A stretch of 64,000 nucleotides of DNA from Trichosphaerium sp. ATCC 40318. Lineage: Eukaryota > Protista > Tubulinea. The notes below the pieces were generated by a model. The model worked only from the letters and a program-made list of their open reading frames with translations, did no database searches and was not told the DNA's origin. The stretch is from assembly GCA_038496445.1 (NCBI GenBank), contig JALMLS010000289.1:1-64000 (forward strand). Direction: 5' to 3'. The first letter of the stretch is position 1. Every line of letters begins with the position of its first letter. Below are positions 11,201 through 21,933 of the stretch, piece by piece. Position numbers and translations under genes: made by a program.

Positions 11201-13389
11201 AATTCAAAGCGGCAACCAACTCTATAGGAGCCATTACGCAACTTGGAGGTAGCAACTTCATCACTTGCTTGCTGTGTAAAGTTTTTTCAGAATGAATTGG
11301 CATGCTAGTAAATAAGAACATACATTGATAAGATGTTACCTTTTAGGCTATCTTTGTTGGTGATACTATTCTTCAGTGCTGTTTTTATATCAACGTTCAT
11401 CAATAATACTCGTGGATAATAAGACTTCATAAACTTTGCTTGATTCTCTAGTATTTTGACAAGAGCTTTAACACCTAAGAAAATCTAGCTTAGCGAAAAT
11501 TTCCAAATGTGTGGGCAATACCGTCCAAGCATTGATATTGTACAAGTGATATTCCAGTATACTGTAGGACTTTTTTACTAGTTTCTAGATCGCCTGAGCA
11601 GATGTCCAGTTTGGATCCAAATACAATGACTGAATACAATTTTGAATCTTTTTCATGCAGAACCTTAGATAGAGTATGACACCAGTACTTGAGGTGTGCT
11701 TGCTGTGTTTTAATTGGTAATGATAAGTCAATCTATAAATAGTATTAATTGAACGACTGTGATGACACCATTGACGTACAACAATAATGTAAATGGCAAG
11801 TTGTTTTGTGAAAAAATACTTATGTAACCCTTTATATTCTATCTGGCCGGCAAAGTCCAATACTGTGAATGATATGCCATTGAATCTAAATCATGTTAAA
11901 CCAACGCCAGCACAAAAAAGCTAACTTGAGATTGGAGGTATCAAACCCAATTGTAGAATCAGCTATTGTATCTGTTTCTTTTGCCAATTTCCTCACCAAT
12001 GTTGTCTTTCCTAGTAAATCAATAGAATTTAGTAACATCCAATAGAGTATGTGGTCACCTGAACCTTCATGACCCACAATCATTATTTTTGCTTCAAATT
12101 GGTCAATAAATGTATAGTTGGTATAATTTGCTCCTTCAACAATATGTGGTGTGTTGACGGCAGGTTTGTTAAGGCCATCCCAATACGTTGTTTGGAACTG
12201 TTTAACTGCTAATTCATTCATTTTTAAGGGGATCACACGTGCCCTTGGTAACATACGTGCCAGAGTTGTAACTAAACAATTTTAATAAGTTTGAAATTCC
12301 TAATTAGAAAGTACCCTCGTGCAATGACATTCTAGGATCTTTACGGCTAAGATCATAAACGAATATAATATCAATTAGTCCATTAAAACAGTCTAGATTG
12401 GATATTAAACTTTTTTTTACTTCTATATGTTTGTGTAAATGCATTTGTAATACTATTGATTTCTTACACCCGTTTGGTATTTTAATGCCTTCACCATCTT
12501 TAATTTCAATACACGTTGAGTCTGTAAACATACTGTTGAGCTTTTTATAGTATTCTAAATCCTCAGAATACACTAGTGCTGATATTTCTTTGTATGAATG
12601 CTCATTGGTGGGCACAGATATTATTTTATCTCTGTTTTTAACAAAAGCATCTTGGTCCGGAATTCCAGCTACAGGTCGTATTCTATCATTGGTTTTAATC
12701 TTATTATTAACAAATTCCCCTTTTTGTTTGTGTCCATCTGGCATATACTTCTCTCCAGTGCCATAAGGAATATTATTCAAAAACTGACCTTTGTATTTCG
12801 TGCCATCTTTCCAAAAGAAAACTCCCATACCATTAAACTTATTGAACTTAAACTCTCCTTTATACTTGATACTACCGTTTGGCCAATACATCTCTCCACT
12901 TCCATGAAACTCGTTGTTTACAAAGCTCCCTTTATATTGCAGAGACCCATTTGCACTATACTTCTCTCCTACACCGTGATACTTATTGTTCTCAAGCTCA
13001 CCTGAGTATTTTATTGTACCGTCCGACCAGTACACTTTTCCAGTACTACGCGCTGTAATATTTTCAACTGATATAAGCGTATCATTGTAAACTTCATCTT
13101 GGTTTGATGGCTGGTTGTAGGCGCCTCCAACTTTTGAATTATTCGCTGATTTGGAAGTTCTTTTTAAATCGCTTTGAACAAGACTGTGGACAACGGTCTC
13201 TACTGCGTCAGCGTTTTCACCCCTTTTCTGATTATTTAATTCTTGATAAACGCAGTCTGCGTTATTTCGTATCATATCGCGTAGGAAATGGTTTGATTGT
13301 TGTAACGAAGATAAATCTTGCCATGACAAGTCGTTTCCAACTAAAATACTCAACAGTATCTCTGTAGGTAACGAAAATATGTTAGTCAT
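8227..13389 (-). CDS. Roco-family protein: F-box, MORN repeats, Roc GTPase, COR, PARP-type ADP-ribosyltransferase, receiver-like domain (multi-exon)
   Basis: F-box IFSLPTEILLSIL. MORN repeats YxGxFxNNxxHGxG. Roc KIMIVGHEGSG|KTTL, STIGFD, DFAGQIEYKGLHKYF, GSKLD. COR ALNYLHSIGSI, VCLHP, VFNDLQRRL. PARP LHGTS, DPGYYGDGIYFTQ, KYA, YDSHY, NEIVVF, ILPRYLVYY. Tail LVLWVDNN. The junctions I traced splice in frame; stop TAA 8227-8229. Confidence 0.8.
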
Positions 13390-13756
13390 ATTTGTGGTTA
13401 AACCGTAAACAGTAACATGATCATTGAAACGTTTTTGCGAATCGTGACTTGCGGTCCACGGCTTAACCAGCTACAAAAATCTGGACCTGGTTCTTGCCAA
13501 GTAGGTTCAATGCCTATGTTGCACGCCTGACACTAGTCAGGTTTTCATAGAGTAACTGGAGAAACAGCTCACCATTCATACGGACGGTGCCTTTTTATTT
13601 ACCACTTTTACAATTTATACCATTTTGTTGACTTTGTTTGTTTCCAATGAAGAGAAGAAAGATATAGAGAGTGGTTTTGAAATAAAAATAAAACTTGCTT
13701 GTGGTTTTTTTTTCTTTTTGAACACGTGTTTTTACGCGTGTTGTGGGTTTTTTGGT

Positions 13757-16373
13757 TTACTCTTCCAAGTAACGTTTCTGCATTTCAGGTGTATCCATCC
13801 TTGCTAGTTGTCTATGTAATCCAATCTTATCAGATTTAGAGTTATCACTCCAAATATAAATTGTAGCACCCAACCAGTCACCAACTTTAACAACAAATTC
13901 TTGAGATGCAAAATCAGGGTACTTGATCTAATAATAAATATAAGCACATGCCGCCTTGAGAGTACTTTACCTCAATTTTTGATTCACTCAAGTCTTCAGT
14001 AGTAATAACACGATCAACTGAAACAGTATCTAAAAACCCAAGTAAGTACTAGAAGGCATGACATTGAAAGAAAAATTAAAAGAAAAAAAAAAAGGTTTTA
14101 TCCAAAAAACAAAGAAATATTGGATGGGTTTTGCTCCAATGTGTCTATACGCTGTAAAACGTATAGCTGCAAAAGTGTTTCCCGCACCACCGCCGTTTGG
14201 ATTCTCGAACACAAATTCTAAGACATTTCCACTCTTCAGTTTAGGTTCTGAAATTCTCTTAAAAATACTGATTTTAAGTGAGAATTCTTCCTCGTTAAGC
14301 TTAGCCCAGTGCGTTTGCATGTATTGAGATGCTGTATGAGGGAAATATGCATCGGCGGATATTGATTTGAGGAGTTCCTCATATGATCTACGAGAAAAAC
14401 AATGAGCAGGTCTTGGAATAATTAAAGCAAAAACGGTTTATCCGAGAGCTAGAAACGTCACATACTCTGCTTCTTCTATTTTTTTAAGCTCCCAGCATAT
14501 ATTTATAATAGATGTAAGAATTGAATTTGCAAGTTGTTGCAAGGCACGGTGTTGTTGACCTGCAGCTGTTATGAGGGATTTGTAAGCATCATCAAACATT
14601 TCTAGAGCTTTGATGCTATCTCCTGATTGGTAGTATACGTTTGCCAATGCTTGCTTATAAACTGCTGTAGAACCTCTTCCAGCAGCTATTCATAATAAAA
14701 ATTAGTACACACAGACACAAGAGAAGGAAGAAAATGTACTGGAAGGCAAAAAAAAAAATCAAAAAGGTGAGAATCAAAGGACGCTCTAAATAACATACAG
14801 CTGGACTTGACAAATTCAAGTTCCTTCTTCAATAGTGCAATAGCTTCATTGTTTCTACCTATACATTCAAAGTGAGTTTATTGCTGAGTTTAGTGTTTCT
14901 TTCAATGAATTTTGAAAAAAAAAAAAAGAAGTGTACCGCATTCAACCAACATTTCTGAAACAGCCGTTACATGTTTGTAATACAATACATCAATGGCGTT
15001 ATTTTTTTTCAAGATTCTCAAGCAATTAGTGAAGTGTTCTTCTGCCTAAATTACAATTGTTAAGATCAACCACAATATAGAACTAAAGTCATTTTATAGA
15101 ATCCAATTAAAAATCATTCAAATCATTGCCCCATAAAAAGACTTTATGTTACTCTATTGAAAAAAATGCCACATTTCACGTGGAAAGAAGTGAACGATTT
15201 GAACCGACTCATACACAAAAAATACGTTTTAGTTTTTGTACCTTCTCGTAATCCTCAAGTTTCCACATGGTATGCGCAAGTTGACCGCTTGCATAACCGA
15301 TATTAGCATGATCAGGTGTAGCAAATACTTGTTTAGCAATAGATAACTGCTCATCACAAAGACCTTTTGCTTCGTTGTAGCGTTCCTTACAAATAGGTTA
15401 ATTAGGTCCGTAAAAACTGATACAATGCGAGTGTATAATAAAATGTCTCTTTCGAAATTATCTCAGAGGATTTTCTGGTGTTTTTTTTTGGGAGCGCGTA
15501 CTTTGTCAATATAGAAGTCTGCTAGCGCAGATAGTACAATAACTGAACTGGCGGCTGGAGAAGTTGCTTTGCGTACTACTTCAACAGCACTATAAGCACG
15601 TTAGAGATCTTAATATAAAAGAGTAATTGAAGCAAAAATAGAAAAGCAAAAACAATTAATCAATCTTTCAAAAAAAAACAAGAAAATGACACTTATGACG
15701 TACAGTAGAAGCTTTTCTTCGCGCTTATCATCTTGCTTTGTTGTAGCATACAAAGTACTCCATAAGTAGTACACAATAACTATAACAGCAAGTCAGTAGT
15801 GCCCAAAAAAAGTCTTTTTTTGAAATACGGAAAAATAACAATAAGAAAAACCGTACGTGTCTCATTATCACCAAGCACTTTTTGCACTGCTTTTAGTGCC
15901 TTTTCATAATACTTTTCAGATTTTGTAAAATCATTGGCCTTTTGAGCCTTTTTGGCCTCCTGGAGCAAAATTTTGTAGACATCTTTGTCTTGTGAGGCAC
16001 TAATACGAGTGTGAGGTTCAGTAGTACAATTATTATTGTCATTTCATGCCTTTGTCCGCTAGACTTGGTTTTTTTGTTTGACGGTTGTTTCCCTTTAGCT
16101 TTTACCTTAGATGCTTCACCTTCGCCTTCTCCACCAATAAAGAGAGCAGCGACGCCAAGAACTCTAAAAATTGTTAAAGAACGAAAAGTAAGTTCAGTAC
16201 AATTACGTTACGCCCACAGCGATGGCTATCGCGCCGTGCCACCATTCGAGCCTATCAAACAATCCTCCTTGTGCTCCACTGCCACTACCAGATGATTGTG
16301 GGGTTCCTGCGCTTCTATTTGGTGGTGCGCGAGAGTTTTGTCTCATACCAAATTGTTGTCTTGGTTCTGCCAT
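13757..16373 (-). CDS. TPR-repeat protein with N-terminal transmembrane anchor (multi-exon)
   Basis: MAEPRQ... then TM WWHGAIAIAVG|VLGVAALFIG. TPR-like helices KSEKYYEKALKAVQKVLG, LANVYYQSGDSIKALEMFDDAYK, EAKGLCDEQLSIAKQVF. 3' end approximate. Confidence 0.7.
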
Positions 16374-16578
16374 ATCTGTAGTATGTACGCTAGTATTGAT
16401 CGGTGATAGGCTAGATGAAAGCAAAACCACTATGATTAAGACAGCGACCGTGCTTAACAACTTTCATCTTCCCTCCTTACTACAACACCTTTTCCATCAC
16501 CGCGGTGTTATCTTTACAACCGTAGTACTCTTAGGCTTATTTATTACAAAAGTTTTTTACCGTTACATTTTACACAAC

Positions 16579-17055
16579 ATGCAAGCAACTGATAGCCCAC
16601 CTCGCACGCCTCGTACACCTCGTATGGATGTTAAGAAGCGCAAACGGAAGCAGGAGCCAAACTCTCCACGATTTTTTAACGGTAGGGACATCAAAAACAG
16701 AACAGCAAGTCCTATAGCAAGGTGAGTACGCTTTTAACGGTTATTGATCGTTGACTAACAATTGTACAACAGCAAGCGAAGAACTATGCGTACATACCGC
16801 AAAAGAACGCCAAAGAGAAGCAAGTACCGTACTAACACGCGGCAAATTCAAATAAATGTTCTCGCTGATGCCTTTGATCGCACAGCCAAGACAAGCAACA
16901 ACTTCGAGACGGAGCACGTTATCACCAAGCAAAAAAAGCTTGAACGTGTACTTGCGGTTGAAACTGACGCAAGCGATTATCTCACAGAACTAGACGATTT
17001 CCCAATGTGCGAACATGTATTTACGCCTGTCAAAAAGACAAAAAAAAAGAGGTGA
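16579..17055 (+). CDS. Small basic nuclear protein, possibly sororin-like (2 exons)
   Basis: ATG 16579; intron GTGAGT..CAG at ~16722-16772. NLS KKRKRK and several S/T-P sites. C-terminal DYLTELDDFPMCEH resembles the sororin C-terminal motif. Confidence 0.5.
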
Positions 17056-17251
17056 CGAGTTCCACGTTTAACGTTTAGACGCTGCTAAAAACCCTTCCAA
17101 ACTTGTAAATAGAACCATAAATAGTATCAATAGAGTTTTGCGTATGTACTGATGAGTGTGAACTACAAAAACGAGTAAGTTGTCGGGAGATTAAGCGAGC
17201 CAGCTGATTTTCGCTCTAAGAAAAGGATATAAGAGCTAAACAAAGCGCATT

Positions 17252-18794
17252 ATGTACAAGGGACATAAACTGCGAAGTGATAGTAGTCGTTTTACCGTCA
17301 AGAAGCTGTTAATATTTGTTGGGGTTTGCGTTCTTTTTACTCTCGCATATAAGTTTGGTACTGATAATGGAGCATTGTTGAATATTTAACGATGTTTAGG
17401 ACAAGCATCTACTGTAAGCGCCGCTGATAAACCAGTGAGTGTGTCGGTGATAGACCAGCAGATTAAAAGGCAAATTGAGGAATCTGGCGAAAAAGTTCCA
17501 GAGATTGAAGTATTGTCGTGGAAACCACGCATATTCGTGTACCACAACTTCATTTCCGACGAGGATTGCGACCACATTGTCGAAATAGGTAAGTGTCACA
17601 CGCGATACCATTAATGCACCTCGAGTATAATCTCTGCCACGAGTAATGCCTTTTGAGCACTTTGTAAAACAACGACGTGGCGAAGTTACTTTTTTGCTAA
17701 AAATGCATACAAACCATCGCTATATATTCTAGACGCTTCAGAGCGCTTGATTTGCTTATTACAAAAATACATAACCTGCATTGAAGGGTTTTATTTCTTT
17801 TATTTTTTTCGTTTCAATTTTTCGTTTTCCTTCATTTTTAACACGTTGTAGGCACTGAAGAGGTTATCAAAGGCGGTAAAAAAAATGCTGGAGGTCAAGC
17901 AGCAGGTGGATACTTGATACAAACTCAAAAGGATCACGTGTTGATGTGTAAGTTGTATCGGTTTTTTTTTTCTTCTTGAAATGCATTTTTTTTTTTCGCA
18001 TGTTTTGCGCTTGTATGAGTTATCGAGATGACTAAAAAAGCTCGTGTATTTTTTTTACGGTATTTCTTATTGTTTTTATCTTCTAGCCGTAGAAAAGAAG
18101 ATTGCTGATTGGACTATGCTTCCTGAAGTCAACGGTGAAGTGTTTTATATGAGTAAATTCGAAAAAGGCCAAGGATATGGTAGTCATGTTGATTTCTTCC
18201 ATGGAGATGATGTACGTATTATAAGTTGGTAAAAGGCATCGCTCTATTGATGTTTTGATTTATTGTTTTTGTTTTGACTGGTTTTTTGGTTTTTTTAGGC
18301 TAAGCGATTTATCGGTGAACAAGGTCAACGTATGGCATCTGTTGTTGTGTTTTTGAGTACTCCAGAAGGAGGAGAATTAATTTTCGAGGATGTCAAGGTT
18401 AAAGTCGCTCCTGTAAAGGTATAACTTAGCACACTTCAAAAATTTGATTTATCAAAACTTCTATTTTTAATATGTTCTTACCTTTATTAGGGAACAGCTG
18501 TATTGTACTACAATTTGATTGCTGATGGTAAAGACGAACCTTTAAGTAAACATGAGGTGCGTGAATGATTTTAAATTGATTTGCAATTTCACGCGTGCAA
18601 AGACGCTAATACGTTCTGTATACGTATATCTTTGTACTAATCAAGCTATTTAGGATGCTCGTGTTACATCTGGCACTAAGTACACGATTACAAAATGGTT
18701 GCGACAAAACGCTGCCTCCAGGTACTGATACTTCATTTATGCTTTTTATTTGTGTTTCTTATTGCTGATTACATGTTATAGACCTGAGATTTAA
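17252..18794 (+). CDS. P4H: Prolyl 4-hydroxylase alpha-like 2OG-Fe(II) dioxygenase, type II membrane anchored
   Basis: Signal-anchor; EVLSWKPRIFVYHNFISDEDCDHI; HxD motif YGSHVDFF; GQRMASVVVFLS..EGGELIF; GTAVLYYN; SKHE; GTKYTITKW. GT-AG introns. Confidence 0.9.
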
Positions 18795-18989
18795 AATCTA
18801 GCTTTGATTGAAAAGAAGTTTTACGCATTTTTTGTCTTAAAAGCGTTATCCCCTTGTAACTATTTCTTTACTTGGTTTATTAACAATAAAATATAAATAC
18901 AAGTTATATAGTTGTCCACATGAGTTTTTCACTGAGTGTTAAGTGAGTGACTGCAAAAAGACTTCCAAATACAAACTACAGCGTTGACA

Positions 18990-19478
18990 ATGGCAAGAGC
19001 TGCTTTGCTACTTTGCGCTCTTGTAGTGCTATCACTTGTAAGAGCTAAACAGTATATTCCACTGAATACAATCGAAAATACCAAAGGAGCTAGCGCACAC
19101 ACATTTGTGATCTACCCAACTGGAAAACCGCTAACTGCGGTGCTAACTATCGAAAAACCGAAACATTTCGTTTTCCTCACTGTAACGACTGTAGACGATG
19201 AAGGAAAGACTAGTACCAATGAAGCACATTATCTACCAGGTGTTTCTACGATTAATTACAACTTTTTGGAACTTAAGAAGTGGAGAACAATAGAATTCAA
19301 GTTAGAGTCGTTTAATGGTGTAACTTGGACTTGGGATGATCAACAAGAATTCTACGATACTCCTATATTCCCTTCAACACTTTCCATAACTTACGAGCCT
19401 AAGACAAAACCTCGTCGTGTATCACGGGGTCGTAGACACCATTGGCAGGCAGATAGAGTCAAAGGCTTCTGGAGCTAA
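18990..19478 (+). CDS. Intronless small secreted protein, unknown function
   Basis: Signal peptide MARAALLLCALVVLSLVRA, beta-strand-like body, basic tail. Confidence 0.65.
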   Translation: MARAALLLCALVVLSLVRAKQYIPLNTIENTKGASAHTFVIYPTGKPLTAVLTIEKPKHFVFLTVTTVDDEGKTSTNEAHYLPGVSTINYNFLELKKWRTIEFKLESFNGVTWTWDDQQEFYDTPIFPSTLSITYEPKTKPRRVSRGRRHHWQADRVKGFWS

Positions 19479-19539
19479 ATAAACATACCTTTTCACATTC
19501 CGCTTTCAATTTTTGTTGAGACGCTTCTACGTTAGGTAG

Positions 19540-20120
19540 GTACGAGTCATTTCACTATCACGTGTACACTTTGCCTCTGAGACTGATATCAGATGCTGTC
19601 TCTACAGTAAAATGTTCCATCTCAATGTATTCAACTACAACACGTTTACACTTGTACGAGTCACTTATGAGTTATTTCACTAAGTGATCACGCATACACG
19701 TTGTCTCTGAGATTCATGCCAATGCTGGCTTGTCTTCTAGAATACTACTGTGCCAAACTGTTTTATAGTTATGAAGATAAGCACATAGATGAGGAACGAC
19801 AAGTGAACAATGCACAAATACTAAGTAAAAACAAATTACAATATTACAAACCAAATACTTTAAGGGCCTTTAATAGCTGTTGCATGTTCTACGCTTACAG
19901 TAACAGCAAGTTGGCTGCAGGCAGTCAAATATTTGGTGTATCAATATTTACAGAACGGCCAATAAGGTATCGTTAACTACCTAAATAGTTGAATGTTATT
20001 GACTTTTTGTCAACAAAGCTATTGTTATTCTCAGCAGAGCATTACAATATCTCAAGCAGAGTTGGCTTAGTTTTTAGGTAATACTAGCAATTGTACCTCC
20101 TCGCATTTTCAAGTGCTAAT
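19540..20120 (+). pseudogene. Probable decayed LRR-gene remnant with two paralogous introns
   Basis: Two mutually similar GTACGA..AG segments (~19541-19607, ~19654-19740) flank a 46-nt exon-like piece. LRR-like fragments LSKNKLQYYKPNTL and LQYLKQSWLSF*VILAIVPPRIF are broken by stops and frameshifts. Confidence 0.35.
19608..19653 (+). repeat. 46-bp direct repeat, copy 1 (copy 2 at 21337-21382)
   Basis: TAAAATGTTCCATCTC(A/G)ATGTATTCAACTACAA(C/A)ACGTTTACACTT, 2 mismatches between copies. Confidence 0.9.
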
Positions 20121-20298
20121 TATAACAAATGTGCGTATTATTTATGTTTAGAGTACGCTCACTTCTCACAGTTTTTTTGGTATTTCTTTCACGTGTTTTG
20201 TTGTTCAGGCTCCAGTGCATCTCGTTTACCTGTAAACGGGTTTGTAGAGGTAATTTTAATACCCACAGTCGAAACCTTACCAAAATGCAATTGTAGAC

Positions 20299-21300
20299 AT
20301 GTTGCCACGTGGTCACTTACGAAAACGACACGAAACTAAAATGCCAAAAACTATAGTGCTGGATCAAGATGAAACATCTTCTTGTAAACATCTTCTCCAT
20401 CTTCCAACAGAAATTCAGAACTATATCTGTTCCTTCAACGTTGAAGCATTCACAAAGTTCCACACACTCTCAAAGAGAGCTGCAGTCAACACACATTTCA
20501 CTGATAATTTACAACGTGTCGGTAAATGGTTGAGATGGTTCAAAACTGGTCAACTTTTAGAACAAAGTTTCTGGTTTGATGATAAACAGATTGGCGAGAA
20601 TAAAGTGTGGTATAAAAACGGCCAAATTGAGTACCATATTGTATGGGTGGATGGTAAACTGCACGGTGAGGCTAGGCAGTGGTATAAACGAGGTCAAATT
20701 GCAATAAGAGCCACGTGGGTTAATGGTAAACAAAATGGCATTACACGTGTGTGGCATAAACGTGGACAGCTTATTTCACAAACCACCTGGGTCAATGGTA
20801 AACAGCATGGTGAAGCAACAGAATGGTACAAAAGAGGACAAATTAGATCGCATACCACGTGGGTTGAAGGAAAAAAAAATGGTGAATTAAAGGAGTGGTT
20901 TAAAAGCGGACGGCTTTTTACACAAGGCATGTTTGTCAATGGTAAACCAAATGGCAAATGGAGAGTGTTCTTTACAAATGGACAACTAAGGTTGCAAGTC
21001 ACAATGGTTAATGGGGAACTAACAGGAGAGATAATACGGTGGTATGCGAATGGTAGACGTAGCAACCAAACCATGTTGTTAAACAGCGAGAAAAACGGTC
21101 TACATAGAGAATGGTACAAAGATGGACAACTTCATATACAAAGTATGTGGGATAATGGTAAGCAACATGGTGAAGAAAAAATTTGGCATGAAAACGGACA
21201 GCTGAACATACATGCAATGTGGGTTAATGGTGGAGTAATTGAGTACAAAGAGTGGAATGAAAATGGACATCTTTTTAGAATGCACAAAGTAAAAAACTAA
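20299..21300 (+). CDS. Intronless F-box-like + MORN-variant (YwqK-type) repeat protein
   Basis: LLHLPTEIQNYICSF followed by about ten 24-aa repeats WYxxGQxxxxxxWVNGKxHG. Confidence 0.85.
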   Translation: MLPRGHLRKRHETKMPKTIVLDQDETSSCKHLLHLPTEIQNYICSFNVEAFTKFHTLSKRAAVNTHFTDNLQRVGKWLRWFKTGQLLEQSFWFDDKQIGENKVWYKNGQIEYHIVWVDGKLHGEARQWYKRGQIAIRATWVNGKQNGITRVWHKRGQLISQTTWVNGKQHGEATEWYKRGQIRSHTTWVEGKKNGELKEWFKSGRLFTQGMFVNGKPNGKWRVFFTNGQLRLQVTMVNGELTGEIIRWYANGRRSNQTMLLNSEKNGLHREWYKDGQLHIQSMWDNGKQHGEEKIWHENGQLNIHAMWVNGGVIEYKEWNENGHLFRMHKVKN

Positions 21301-21336
21301 AGAATTCAAGCAGCCATGTATTTATTTGATACATGA

Positions 21337-21382
21337 TAAAATGTTCCATCTCGATGTATTCAACTACAAAACGTTTACACTT
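21337..21382 (+). repeat. 46-bp direct repeat, copy 2
   Basis: Matches 19608-19653; followed by an intron-like GTAACT...TTACAG segment. Confidence 0.9.
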
Positions 21383-21419
21383 TGGTAACTGTGTTGTCTG
21401 TCTTGTTTTTTCTGTTACA

Positions 21420-21840
21420 GCAAGTCACATGAACAGTAAAACAGTGCAAAAATTGCATGTTGCAGGATTCGAACTTGCGAGGGCCCCAACGGACTTAAAC
21501 CGTTCACCATAAACCACTCGGTCAAACATGCGTATGTTACATATACAGAGGTTTTGGTGAGGAACGCTTGCCAATAATCGAGGCTGTAGAACAAAAATTG
21601 TTTTTACAATGAAATAGAAAAAAACAAGAAATACCTTTCGTTACAAAACAACATTTCCTTTTCAGTGCATTTCCAGTGCAAGTTTGTACAGAGAATCCAG
21701 AAATAAATATGTAGTTGCCAGTGTAGTTACGTTAAGAAACAACTAAAAAGCGATTAGAGAAAACAAGATAAATAAGACGGTCTTACCCTTTGAACTGCCA
21801 AGATGACAACCTCAACCTTTTGTTAATGGCAACCATGTGA
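21420..21840 (-). repeat. ~420-bp dispersed repeat containing a tRNA, copy A (inverted relative to ~29235-29660)
   Basis: The reverse complement aligns with copy B: near-identical over TTGTTCTACAGCCTCGATTATTGGCAAGCG..CCTCACCAAAACCTCTGTATATGTAACATAC-tRNA-ATTTTTGCACTGTTTTACTGTTCA, more diverged toward the 5' end. Confidence 0.85.
21454..21531 (-). tRNA. trnL-UAA: tRNA-Leu(UAA), possibly a pseudogene (shortened variable arm, A-C mismatch in T-stem)
   Basis: GCATGTT/AACATGC acceptor stem, discriminator A, D-arm ACCGAGTGGTTTATGGT, anticodon arm AACGG-TTTAAGT-CCGTT, T-loop TTCGAAT, T5 terminator just downstream. Confidence 0.75.
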
Positions 21841-21933
21841 TCAAGAGAGGGCGATAAGCGACTAAGCCTCATACCAAGTGCCTAACAATAAACTTAGTCA
21901 ACTTGAATCTGAAATTAAGCGATATAAGTGTTA

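Noticed and set aside
19608-21382. Direct repeats as a CRISPR array or LTRs
   Set aside because: Only two 46-bp copies, no spacers, no TG..CA termini, no gag/pol, eukaryotic context.
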